Source of the DNA: Trichosphaerium sp. ATCC 40318
Taxonomy: Eukaryota > Protista > Tubulinea
Reading direction: 5' to 3'
NCBI GenBank assembly: GCA_038496445.1
Contig: JALMLS010000064.1
Location: 682,001 to 746,000, forward strand
Length of the DNA stretch: 64,000 bases
Shown here: positions 14,048-26,487 of the stretch, piece after piece
How the letters are laid out: each line of letters opens with the position of its first letter
Numbering within the stretch: position 1 is the stretch's first letter
The notes under the pieces: generated by a model
What the model was told of the DNA's origin: nothing
What the model saw: the letters and a program-made list of their open reading frames with translations, nothing else
Database searches by the model: none
Made by a program: the position numbers and the translations under genes

Positions 14048-17000
14048 CTATACTTGCGAGTCACTTTCTGTTGAGTTTGTGGGTGTAGTTTTACCACTAG
14101 AATTTTCTTTCTTCACTACAGTTTTCACTTCAACGTCATCAGTTGATTGGCCATCATCATGTCCATGACCTTGAAGCCCCTTAACAGGTGCTGGTCCAAT
14201 AAATGACAACACAACAGGGAAGAACACAAGTCCGTGGAAAAGACCAAATACTACTATACCAATAAATTGTCTAAAGAAGATACGAAAGATGGCAGACTGA
14301 GAAGCAGCAAGTATCTACAAAATATGTAAGAAAGTTGCCAAGAAACGCCGAAAAGTCGTGTTATAAGAAAAAAAAAAGAAGTCGTCGTACCAAAATACCC
14401 AAAAGGGTCGAAAACCCGCCATTAAATATTGATGCACCCAAGTTATTAAGCGCTTTGATAGCACGTTCTTGTCGTGTCCCAGTAGAAACAATGAAAGCAT
14501 GTGCCATATGTCCGACATAGTCAAAAGAAAACCCAATCGCCATTACTAAATTTACAACTGATATTGTATTGAGTTTTACATTCCACAAAGCCATAAGACC
14601 CAAGATATCTAAATCAATCTAGAATAGATAAAAGTATTAGTAAAGCGTCTCCTGTTGTATATAATTGTATGTTGTAATCGTTCACAAGCGTACCATTACG
14701 AGAACAATGATGACATAAATGGCCAAAATAGGATTTGCCAATAGAATGTTCGAAATGATGAACACTCCGATCCCCGCTAATGCAAGGTTTGTGTATGCTT
14801 CTCTAGGTATTATCTTCGACGACTCCCAAAAGTCGAATTGGAATGTGTACAAGAACATATCGTTATTAGTAACTGACGCTCTTGAATCATCAAGAACATC
14901 TACATCATTCTCATCTATATTCGCTTCACCATTATAGTAGAATAAAATGCGAGAATTGACAATACCAAGACCATCTTGTGTTGCTAAAGAAATAACGTCA
15001 ATAGAAGAATATAACGAGAAACAGATTTCGACATCCAAAACAAAAGAAAAAAAAGTTGTCTGTTCAGTTTAGTTCGTACCAACAATGTTAGAAATATACT
15101 GTTCTCCTTGTGGTAATGCGAGGAAAGTATTAAATAATCTCTCATAAAATTCAGCACGAGTAGATGCTGTGAAACCCGTTTCATTCATGTGTTTCAAAAA
15201 ATCTTCAAGCCAAGAAGCATACGCTAAAGATTACTTGTCAGTTTTCGATATGAACCTAAAAGAAGAAAAAAGCAAGAACGTACGTATACTTTTCTCTACC
15301 CACTTTACATTATTTACAGCTTGTGTTTGGTCTATGATACGTTGTTGTTCTGAGGGGTCAAAATAATCGATTTCTCCATCGATATAGAGGAATACACTTG
15401 GTCCAATCGATTCAAAGTACTTTTCTTCAAGAACATAAAAATCTTGAAGATAGCTATCATCAGGTGCCAAGTCTTGTAAAGGAAGGCCTTGTTCGATTGT
15501 TGTTGTGTAATAAATAGCAACAGAAACGACAGCGAGTGTAAGAATTATAACACATATCTTCACAGGTAGTTTCATTAATGTAGGTCCGTAATAATGTTTG
15601 ATAAACCAACTTATCCACATTGATCCTACGTTCAAAGTTAACTTTGCTTTAGTTTTGATAAAACATACCTGTCTTTGTCTTGGCTCTCTTTACCCGCTCT
15701 TCTTCGTCTTTAAGTTTAATACACGGTGACAACTCCACTCTGTTTGCTGCAGAGTTTCTCTCGAGAATGGACATCCAAGCCGTGAAGAATGTTATATGTG
15801 AAATGAAACTGAACCCAACCCCAAAAGCGGCATAAATGCAAAAATTTCGGATAGCAGGAAGCTGTGTAGCAGTACCGAGAAGGAAAGCGGCTACATCTGT
15901 GGCACTTGTTACAATAATAGAACCTCCGGCGACACCAAGAGCTGTTTTAACTCGGTCACGTGTGTTCCAATCTAGTGGTGTTCTATCGAATGCATCCACA
16001 AGAACAAATACGTTATCCATGCCAACACCGATAAGAATGAAAGGCATGATAGATACTAACGACGTATAAAATACTCCTAAGAGACTAGACAAGCCAAATG
16101 ATACCAGGATAGAAAGTCCAACGCTCAACTAGAGAAAAAAGTGAGCTACGAGGCGAGGGAAGAAAACGTACAAATCCCATTAAAGCCATAACTATTCTTG
16201 TTCCAGTTAAGTTCCATCGGCTTAACATGATTACAGCGTATACCACAATGAGTATCATAGCAACAGCAAAGAAAAGGATATCTCCTGAGACAGATTTACT
16301 GAGTTCAACATCAAATGACGAAAAGGCTCTTCGTGCTACAGTGATGTACTGAAAATCAGCTTCAGCAAATTTCTATAAAAAAGAGAAAATAGTCAGAAGA
16401 GTTGACGAGGAACACAACTTGGCAAGTATTGGCGTACAAGGAATACATCTTCTTCCCATTTTTCGGATACTTCTAAAGGTAGTACATCCTCTGGCAATAC
16501 AAAGAAAATGACTTGGATTGCTTCAGCTGAAGAAATACTTCCGTTTATACGTTTGATCCCAGACAGAACAGTTGAGCTTATAATCGGGTTACCGTTTGGG
16601 TAGAATCCACCTCCCTGTATAGTAGCGTTGTATCTACCTTCGTCTGATATTATCTCACTTTCGTCGAAGTTCCAGTAAGCCAAGGGGCTACAAAAAACAA
16701 ATATCACGTTAGCCAGATATGAACAAACTGTGTTTGAAGAAGTTATTTTTGTTGAAGGCTGCGCACGTTAAAAGTTCACATTCTGTTGATCCGACACCCT
16801 TTGAACATATACTAGGCCAGCTGTATTCTTTACTATTCACAAGAACAGATGTATTTGTGATTTTATTATGCAGTTCTTGGAGCTCCAACAGAACATTTCT
16901 ATTTGCAAGTATATCGGAACCTAAGGTGGGTTAATACTACCCTCATAAACATTGATGTTGTTATTACCTTCGTTCTTCGCTGTTATAAACAACTGACTTG

Positions 17001-17310
17001 CCCGTGAGTTAAACCCATAAGCTTGTTCGACGATGTTCTAAGTTAAACATGTCAACTTGTACTCTATTTCTATAGTAAAACGTACGCTATCTTTGATTGC
17101 TTCAGATGTCTGAGGTACCCATAATTTAGATGATGATGTCTCCTCGTTGAACCGTAGTAGTCCTAACGAAGCTGCAAGAGTAAAAGCTATAACAGCTAGT
17201 ATGACAGCCCAACTGTGGTCATAGTTGAATGTACCAACACGCCTGAATGCTTTCTCTAATACTTTTTGTATCCAAGCAAGAAACCCAACATATTTTTTCC
17301 ATACGATCAT
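14048..17310 (-). CDS. Patched/NPC1-like sterol-sensing-domain multipass membrane protein (PTCHD-like)
   Basis: PFILIGVGMDNVFVL (SSD GxxxD), GSIIVTSATDVAAF, LPAIRNFCIYAAFG, LVMAIGFSFDYVGH and FHGLVFFPVVLS. Confidence 0.92.
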
Positions 17311-18202
17311 TATTTCTTTCTCTTCTAAGTATTCCGAAACCGTGTAGGTTTTTTGTTTGTTGTGTTGTCCTCACGGTTGCTGCTTCTTTTTTTAAACAAT
17401 TAACGTTTCTTAACTGTTAGCAATATGGTCGGAACTGCGGATATTTATTTGTCCTCATTTATCAATTTTATTAGATAGTCGGACTATTCAGCCCGGAAAA
17501 CTCATAGATTTTCAAAGAAAGTGTACTGGGTCAAACCATTATACCGGTATAACGAGGAACACTACCAGGGTATGTTTTACGATAATGACCGAAAATTTGG
17601 ACTATTTTCAGGGTAATCTTGTTGCCGAGTTTACTGAAAACAGCTTAATCCAACAAATAGCTTGAAGCTCTATTTTGTCACGCGCGGTACCGTAAAAATG
17701 AAATTCTGCGAGTTGGTTTTGGTTTGGCCATGTCACATTTAATTCAAACTATTCGGAGGTTTGCATATATCCGGGAGGGCACAATGCCATTCAGCAAGTT
17801 TAGGCTACTACTAATACAATTTTTTCTGTCTCAAAAAAGCAAGTTCGGATTTTCGGTACAAAACCCTTCAATACTCAACCAGAAAGTACTGTAACGGTGC
17901 GCCAACAGTTTGTTTCGATAAAAACATATGACGTAATGTCAAACCAAAAAAACAGGATAAGAATGTCCGGACAGCCGGATTTATTTGAAAAAAAGACTGT
18001 GTCTTTTACCTGAAAAACAACTGTTCCTGAAAAAAAGCAAGTTTCTTTTGTGGTTCTTGAAAAAACTACTAATTATTAGTAAAAAAATTTCGGTATCCAT
18101 TATACTTTGAAAGGTAGTGATCGAGCTGATGCGATAACAGACTTTTATGGACCTTTTTGTTTTCAAATTAACATCTTTTTTTTTTATTTGTTTGCTTGCA
18201 CT

Positions 18203-21200
18203 TCAAACACGTTGCTTCTTTACAAAATTGACCAAGTTATTATTCATTTCCTGCACCTTTACCCATTCTTCCTTATTCATAGACTCAAATACATTAACCT
18301 GCCCTGTCCAAGGAGGAAAAAACTGCAAAGAAGAGTGAGTAAAAAGAGATTCTTACCAAAAAAAAAAACAGAACAAAAATCAAGTGGTTACCTTTTGAGG
18401 TCCTTGTGCGTTACTATCAGGGTTGCAAGCAGCGTCTATATGCTCTCCAGAAGCAGAAAAATGGAACACTGATTGTTGCATTGTATGATTAACCTCACAA
18501 GACCCAACAACTCTAATGCGCGGTTTGCCCTTTTCTAATAAAGCACCACTATGAGTACATTTTGTGTCGCTTGTAGGATTTCTCTCTAAATGCCATTTCA
18601 TACGCCCTACATTACAACAGTAAACAATTGGGTATAGCTAAAAAACAGGAAGCTGTAACAAACCTTCCAAGTCCGATTGTACAATATCTGCACGTTCTCT
18701 AATGAATGTAGCTTTTCTAGGCCTTCCCATGGAATCGTAACCTTCAAATGTGAAATCAACTACTGTTCCTTCAGTAATTTCATCCTCAGCGTCACAATGA
18801 AGTGAGAAAGGTGGCCCATGAATGGTACTAACAATCAAATAAATAATTGAATAAAAACAGCAATCATTCAAAAAATAAAACGCACGTCATGCATGTATAC
18901 ACGCCCTTCTTTTTCATGCCTTGGACTATACCCTTACAATACTCTGTTTCAATAACATTAAGGACATCTCCCGATTGTCCAGTGGTATAATAGGACTCAG
19001 GAGCGCGCACAACACAACCTCTACCACCTAGAAAATAAATGTAAATTCACAATCTAAACATATTAAAATTTGCGTACCAGCTGACTTAACTTTTGCTTGA
19101 ACACGTCCAAGGTGGTCTGAACTTGTACATTTTATATATTTTACACGTTTAGTCCTATTTAGTTCAGGTCAGTTTGTCAATATATTACATTAAAAACTTA
19201 AAAGGAGTGCTCCATTACGTACAAAGTACAAGACTGGGTGGTTTCTTCTAATTGTTTAATACGTGACTCTAAAGGATCAGCGCTGTGAGGCAGATCAAAA
19301 ACACGGAAGATGACTCCTTCCCAGATGGTGGCATCGCTATACAAGTGTGAGAACAACAAACTCAAAAAAAATCAAAAAAATCTTCAATACCTTGAATTTG
19401 CAGAGCATGCCTTCATTACTTGATCAAACTTACCATGACCAGACCTTTTTGAAAGTAAGTTCAAGATGTTACGTTATTTTTAATATCAAAAAGTACGTAC
19501 CAAAGGACACCGTCAAGTGAAATTGCTGGAATATCTTTACGCATTTCCTCTGATACAACAACTTCTTTACCATAAGTAGTAAACATTGCTGCACCATCCC
19601 AATAAACTCGTATACCATCAAATAGCTCTGATATCCACCTAAAATTATGTTAAGACTTCAATGGACAACGTCATAAACAAAGAAAAAAATAGGAAAAACG
19701 CTTGGAAAAGTAAAAATCAACATACCATCCTGTTGGGTCAATATCTTGTGTCCACATTGAAGCTTGAGCGAGATATTGAACGTCCACATTGTATGTTTGC
19801 TCAATCTCTTTAGCGTCAGAGCTTTCTGTTGGTGGTTGCTCTTCAATCTCACGCAGAGGTTCTTCTTCTTTGACTTCTTGTACTTCCTCAACTTGTGTTT
19901 GTTGTTCAGTTTCTTCTGGCCTTTCTTCGCTTTTAATCTCAGTAACTTCTTCAGCTTGTGCTGGTTTTTCTTCTTCAACAACAGGTTTTGTATCGTTGGT
20001 TTCTGTTGATACACTCTCTGTAGCGTTAGGTTGGCGGCTAGATGTACCACCTTTTGTTGGTTTGTCCGCAGGAATGGTAAGCTCAGCAGACCATAAATCT
20101 GGTCGTGCTTTATGCAACGATGCAAACATTGTTTCAGGCTTTGCGTCCCACCAGTATGGTATACTGATCAACTCAATACCTGCTTGTTTACAGGCATCTC
20201 TAAATTAACTACGTCAACAAAGTGTACAACGAGAAAAACGAAAGAAAAAAAAAGAAAAAAATTTCGCACATTCTCATCTTATCCTCAGCTTGACGAGTTA
20301 TAGGGTCACCCTTTATTATCTGTGATGTGTAATGATGTTGACCTATAGTTTTATTTATTAGGCGTAAACACAAAAGAAACAAATAAGGCTTGTTTGTTGA
20401 GTACCATGATAGTGAATTGCTACTTTGTGTTCCGGTAAATACGCAGTAAACTTATAGTGTTTAATTGTGCTATCTAGGCGTCATTAGTAATCAATAACAG
20501 GATAATTTCTGTCGCTAACGAAGATTGGTAGTGGATATCATACCTAGGTCATTAACATTTGTTATACAACTTTCTGAGAGAATCTCTAAATCAGGCCTTG
20601 ACTCCCTGAAAAACAAAAAAAGTGAGTACAAAACTTTTATAGTGCGGCCTGGTAGGTACCACGTGTGAAAGAAATAAAACTATGTACAACCACCAAAGGC
20701 GTTGTAAATTCCTGTAATACTGGAGCGCAGCAGGACCTGAAACAAACAAAAAAATTGCGTACTTGATTAACTTTGCAACATACGATTGCATTTTAAGCCC
20801 AACTCTCATTTTCTTCTCATCCCAATTGTGCGTTGGATATATCTCTTTCAATACATTAAATAGCGTGTCATAATAAAGAAGAGATGATGTAGCCTTAACA
20901 GTAGCAAGTTGTTTTCTTGTAACAAAGTACCAATCATCAAGTTTCTTAATACCAAATCTTCTTGTTAAGTACTGAATAAAAGCAACACGATTTTCTTTTA
21001 CATGAAAAGTCTTTCTTGGTAAACTACTGAACAACCAAGGTTCCCAATTCCGAAATGGGAATGCAAAAGACAAAATGTTACATGGAGAGCCTTGAAAATG
21101 ATTCAATAACCCAGCACCTTTATATGCTTTAAGGATTTCTTGAACAGTTAATTTATACCAATCTGCTTTTGTTTTCCATCCATTTTTTCTCTTAACATCA

Positions 21201-22299
21201 TAAAGAAACTCTCTAACGTTCTCAGGTTCTAACCAATAATTCTTAGGTAGTATAACAAACTTTCTTGGATTCCATTCAAAATCAGGGTATGCTACTTTAA
21301 GAACATTAACCAAAGACTCGTCATAAGCTTGAAGAATATTTTGAGAATAATATGTTATTTTTTTAGACCACATCATGTACCACTGAGAGATAGAAGATAT
21401 ACCCTCCTTATCTTCAATGTAACGTATAAATTCTTGAACATTTGCTGGTGATTTCCAGTGCTTTTTCTTTAAATCTAGACGCCAAGGGTACCAAGTATCT
21501 TTAGGGAAAGCTGAAGTAAGAACATTAAAAATAGATCCTCCGTAAAGCTTAAGAATAGCATCACCGCGATCACTACGGTACAAATGCTTCTTTTTAAGCT
21601 TATGCCAATCATCTTTGTCACAAACACCAACATCTTCCTTTAACGTATCCAAAAAATCAACAAGTTCCGAAGATGACATGTGTTGCATCTTTCTTTGGTT
21701 CGTAAAGTTCCATTTCTGCCAATTATGTTCAGGATAAAGCGTTGTAACCATATTTAGTACAGAACCCTTATAGAACTGCTTGACAATGTATAGAACACCA
21801 GGGTAATCCTTTAAGTTCTTTGGAGTGATTTTTGTCCAATCGTCTAATTGTTGTACGCCTAGCTTCGCTGAAGACGCTTTTAGGAGAGCGCGTTGCGTAG
21901 AGGGGTCAACCCAGAAGCCTCTACCCTTCGTTTCGAATTTTTGAGGGTCCCACGGGAAATCAGGGTGATATTCTGTCAAAAGTGGCAGTAAATTGCCTCC
22001 TGTATCGCTATATAACTTCATACCGCCCGGTACGCGTCGAATTAGCGCTGCATCCCATTGATACCATTCTGAAGGATCAGAAAAGCTGAAGCGCTTCTCT
22101 ACGTCCGCAATAACCTATCAACGCGTAAGAAGTAAGAAATATAAGATTTCATCGTACGTCAATGGGTTTTGGAACAGAATGGACGCGCCGCGCTTTAGAT
22201 ACCACTACATGCACCGTTAGAATGTTTCCAGTAGTTGTTTGAGGTACCTGCTCTACGCCGATACGATACAAGCGTAGACGAACGCAAGGATGCTAACAT
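18203..22299 (-). CDS. Protein with ~6 Trp-rich ~75-aa repeats, degenerate restriction-endonuclease-like (RAP/Vsr) domain, acidic linker, degenerate ATP-dependent ligase (adenylation + OB) domain and PARP-finger-like tail
   Basis: The repeat DW Trp recurs every 74-77 aa in ORF 20591-22021. Nuclease-like KFTAYLPEHKVAIHYHGQHHY...GIELISIPYWWD. Ligase-like WISELFDGIRVYWDG, ISLDGVLW, VIFRVFDLP and GTVVDFTFEGYDSMGRPRKATFIRER. N-terminus MLASLRSSTLVSYRRRAVVSKARRVHS. Confidence 0.8.
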
Positions 22300-22400
22300 A
22301 GCGTACTAACGACAATCCAAAGTTGTGAATTCCGTACTAACAACTCTGACTTTATTTATTTAATTGTCAAAGATTTCTGTATGATAACGCCACGGTCGCA
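22300..22400. promoter_or_regulatory. Putative bidirectional promoter (101 bp between divergent ATGs)
   Basis: ATG at 22299 (-) and ATG at 22401 (+) of two related genes, separated by an AT-rich spacer. Confidence 0.55.
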
Positions 22401-24708
22401 ATGCTACGCCGTTTTACTACCGTAAAATCAGCACGCCAAAAGCATATTGATAAATTCAACACTATCAGTCAAAAGCTTAACATAATGCACCTAGATGGTT
22501 GGTATGAGGTGTCAGTAAGTGACGTTTGCCAAAAAGGAGGTTCAAATATCGTAATACAGTAAGTAAGAGGATCTTTAGTGCTCTTGTAAGCGTAAAATAG
22601 CGGTTTCAACGGTTCTTTGTTGGATACGTTAAAGAATCTATTCCCGTTTCACAAATGGATCCCGTGGTATTTCGAGTACGTCATAAAAGCGCTGTCGCAT
22701 GTGGCAACTAAAAATACGAAAAGAAACACTCCCAAAACATGTTACCGCCACACATACGCACAAACAGCAAGGCTAGAAGCTATAGCTCAACAACTTGGAG
22801 TTAAAGAACTGGATGACTGGTACAAACCTACCATGACACAATTGAGCGATGGAGGAGCGAGGACAATCCTTCAAAAGTGCGTTTTCATAAAAATCCAAAA
22901 ATTTAACTTTTCAGTTTGACATCTACCTCCTTACATGCGGTAGATACGATAATTCAATGTACCAGCTTTTCTTGGCTTGTTATCCAAACCATAAATGGAA
23001 AAAAACTGGATTCTTGACGTACACAAAGCTCGTTTGTATTCCGATGTTCTAAAAAAAAATTTAGATACATTGAGCGCTTGCACAGGGAGCGATTTGATGA
23101 AGCCGGTAGGCAATTGAATGTCAAGATATTAAGTGATTGGTATACCATATCATTCAGGCGTATAAATGAGTACAACCTAAGTGGCGTGGTAGTATGGTAC
23201 AGTTACAATTGTAAAACCTTTTTTCTGTTAACAGTACTTTATTTTATGTTTTAACTTATCGCCTTGTAGTTACTATTCTGGATCTATGGTTTTGGCACTA
23301 AGATCTATTTACCCTGATTATGATTGGGACATACTAAAGTTTTGGTACAATAATCTTTCTGTCAACCACGTGCAAGTAAAAGACTTATCTTTATTAAACA
23401 AACAGGAGAGCACCTTCAAAATTCTGGAATGACCCTAAAAACCAACGTGATATTATGGATGTTGTTGGAAGTAGAATAAATGTGAAGACACTAGATGATT
23501 GGCGCCCTGTAACAGTAGACAAGTTGGTTGAAAACGGAGGAACGCCAATAATCTCAAAGTAATTCATATCCTCTTCTTCCAAAAATAATAACAGAATAAT
23601 AGATACAACTCACTTCGCTATGCTCTCCAGAGCATTTATGATAAACACCCTTGGAATTTTCCTAAGAAAAATTTACCTGTGGTCAGCGTACCTAGAGGTG
23701 AATGGGGTGATCCAGACCAGCAACGTCGATTCTTAACTAGAGTGGCAGAAACGTTCAATATAGATACTCAAGAAAAATGGTTCAACATATTAAATTTTGC
23801 TTGTCTGCTTACTAATAAATAGGTATCGTGTTTCGATCGATCAATTACAAAGTATAGGAGGAGCTGGTCTTGTAAACTACTTTCCAAGAATGCTTAAATC
23901 TCTTAACTTTGAGAAACCTTGGCATTGGCATAAATTCTCTCGTTCTTCAAAAAAAGCCAAACAACAGTACGGACTTCGTAACGTTTATTTTGTATTATTG
24001 AGTTACCTCCACGAACATAATTATTCTACGCTTTTTTTTCATGCACAAAACAATGAAATTGCAGATAACCCAACATAGTTCTTGTATTGACAATATGTTT
24101 TTCTCAATTTTTTCTTACTTGCTATTAATTAACATCACACTTTATTCCCAAGGTGGTTAAAGCAATGTATTCAGTATATTTATGAAGATGCTGTACTTCA
24201 AGAAGAGCATTTTATAGGGTTGCGTGATTCATCAGGTAGTCCTCTTACAGTCGACATTTTTGTTGCTGAATACAATCTCGCAATTGAATACCAAGGTTTG
24301 TTTAATCAACCACTTCTAGTACTTCACCTCTAAGACCTCTTTCAGGAGAACAACATTTCACTGATGATGCTTTCCCACATAGTACACCTCTTGTATCACA
24401 GGAGCTTCGTGATAACGAGAAATTACACCAATGTAACGCCATGGGTATGCCAAAAACCAAACTAGCAGGAACTTTTGTTAAGGGCTCATTTATTATTATC
24501 AGGTGTAACATTGGTTACAATACCATGTTGGTGGCAATCAGATATTGATAGTATAGCAGCTACACTTGCACATTATGCTCCTCATGCTAAAACAACGTTT
24601 AATTATGATAAGAGCGTACTTCCGCTTATTCAACAAAGAGAATTGAGAAAGCCTTTAACAAGACTGAGTAGTCCTAAGGCTTCGTATACTACATTCAATA
24701 CCCGGTGA
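22401..24708 (+). CDS. Trp-rich repeat protein (~5 repeats) with intact restriction-endonuclease-like (RAP/Vsr) domain
   Basis: Spliced translation: MLRRFTTVKSARQK, repeats at LDGWY/LDDWY/LSDWY/LDDWR/QEKWY, then SSKKAKQQ, LTVDIFVAEYNLAIEYQGEQHF, RDNEKLHQC and GVTLVTIPCWWQSD. The 3' end may extend to ~25000. Confidence 0.8.
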
Positions 24709-25151
24709 ACTATAAAGGAATAAACTACAACTGTGGCCACGTGTATTCGAAACAACAAGCTTGAGCAAAGAAGCAGCCTCACAATTAAAGGTAATCCTTA
24801 CTCTTCTTCATTATACTGACTTCCAGCTTGTAGGATATTGATTAATTTGAACTAGATGCATAAAAGCTTCACAACACTCCTTTATTGGCACAACAGAATA
24901 TTAAAGACCAATGATAGGTATTTAGGGCCTTTCTACTTTGGCGAGAACTTTACGTGGTACTCAAACAGAGTTTCCTACATATAATGGAGTACAGTATTGG
25001 AAAATAAGTGGAGATCAGCACAGCTGTCCCTTCGTTGAGCCCATTGTGTTTTCTACAACAATGAAAAATATGAGATAGCCTGAACCAAAAAAAAAAGTTG
25101 GAATCTTTATTCAAACCAACACTATACTAGATGTTGTGATAGCTCTTAAGC

Positions 25152-26207
25152 CTACCAATTTACAGCATGCACGCCTACCAATGACTCTACACCTTCGTCT
25201 GTCACTTTTGTTTCCGTTAAATAAATTGTATGCACACCAGACAATGCTTTCATAGCATCATCTGTTATTTCATAACAATACCTTAAATTTATATTGTAAA
25301 CACCACCTAAAGCTTTGACACCTTCATCTGTTACATTCGTAGCTGATAAATCAATTATATGTACACCTGCTAGTGCCTTAATACCTTCATCTGTAATATG
25401 TTGACAATTATATAACATGATATGGTGTACACCAGCCAATGACTTCAAACCTTCATCTGTCACCTTTGTAGCCGATAAATCGATTTTATGTACCCCAGAC
25501 AATGCCTTTACGCCTTCATCTGTTATTTGCTTTAGTCCCCATAAGTCAATAGTATGAACACCAGCCAAAGCTTTAACGCCATCATCAGTAATTTCCAGTA
25601 CTCCACTCAGTCTGATATTATGAACACCAGCCAAAGCTGTTAGCCCATCATCAGTAACTTTTAGACCTCTCATGTCAATGGTATGAACACCAGCCAAAGC
25701 TTTTATACCTTCATCCGTCACTCTTGTACTATACAAGCCAATAGTGTGTACACCAGCCAAAGCTTTGACGCCTTCATCTGTAATTATTGCGCATCTATAC
25801 AAGTCAATAGTATGAACACCAGACAATGCTTTGATGCCTTCATCTGTAATTCTGAAACAGTTGCGTAAGCTGATATTATGAACACCAGCTAAAAAGCAGA
25901 GGTGCCTATCAGTAATAAAGTCTCTGTATCTAAAACAACTAATAGTTGTATTACGGAGTAAAGGGCTTCCACAAAGTAGCTCTATTTCACTATCTTTGAT
26001 GGGTGCTATGACGTAATATCCTATCTGGTTATGTACTATGTCTCGCATAAAACTACATGTTTGCGCAAACTTAAGTACTTCATGCCCTTGTCTCAGAATA
26101 TGAACGACTAACTCAACTGGGAGCTCTAGTATATCAAATACGTCGTCTGTTGCTTTCTCGAGGAGTGCTAGGTCGTTTCTTTGATGATTTTCACTATTTC
26201 CTTCCAT
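25152..26207 (-). CDS. Intronless F-box + leucine-rich-repeat protein (11-12 short 21-22 aa LRRs)
   Basis: DILELPVELVVHIL F-box. Repeat consensus LxGVHxIxLxxx(x)xITDEGVKA. Confidence 0.92.
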   Translation of the reverse strand: MEGNSENHQRNDLALLEKATDDVFDILELPVELVVHILRQGHEVLKFAQTCSFMRDIVHNQIGYYVIAPIKDSEIELLCGSPLLRNTTISCFRYRDFITDRHLCFLAGVHNISLRNCFRITDEGIKALSGVHTIDLYRCAIITDEGVKALAGVHTIGLYSTRVTDEGIKALAGVHTIDMRGLKVTDDGLTALAGVHNIRLSGVLEITDDGVKALAGVHTIDLWGLKQITDEGVKALSGVHKIDLSATKVTDEGLKSLAGVHHIMLYNCQHITDEGIKALAGVHIIDLSATNVTDEGVKALGGVYNINLRYCYEITDDAMKALSGVHTIYLTETKVTDEGVESLVGVHAVNW

Positions 26208-26487
26208 TTGGTTTTATAGACAATGTTCACTGTTCCTATCGCGAAGAGTAGCTACTGGTTGTGAAAATTGTATGTATGACCACGTTTCAGAAAGAAATCC
26301 ACGTTTCTCAGAAACTGAAATCACACAAAAATTCGAACGAACTTCTACATCCTGATGTTCACTGCCTTCATTTATGTCTACACCCTTACCGACGCTAATT
26401 TCTCAATTTCAGGCAATAGCTCAACAAAGGGTAGACTATAAGGCAAAAGGCACTTTCAATTATAAACCAACTCACAGATCGTCCACG

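Noticed and set aside
18203-24708. Interpretation as an active transposon or integrated virus
   Set aside because: No terminal repeats, target-site duplication, transposase, RT or capsid genes. The genes have host-type introns and composition.
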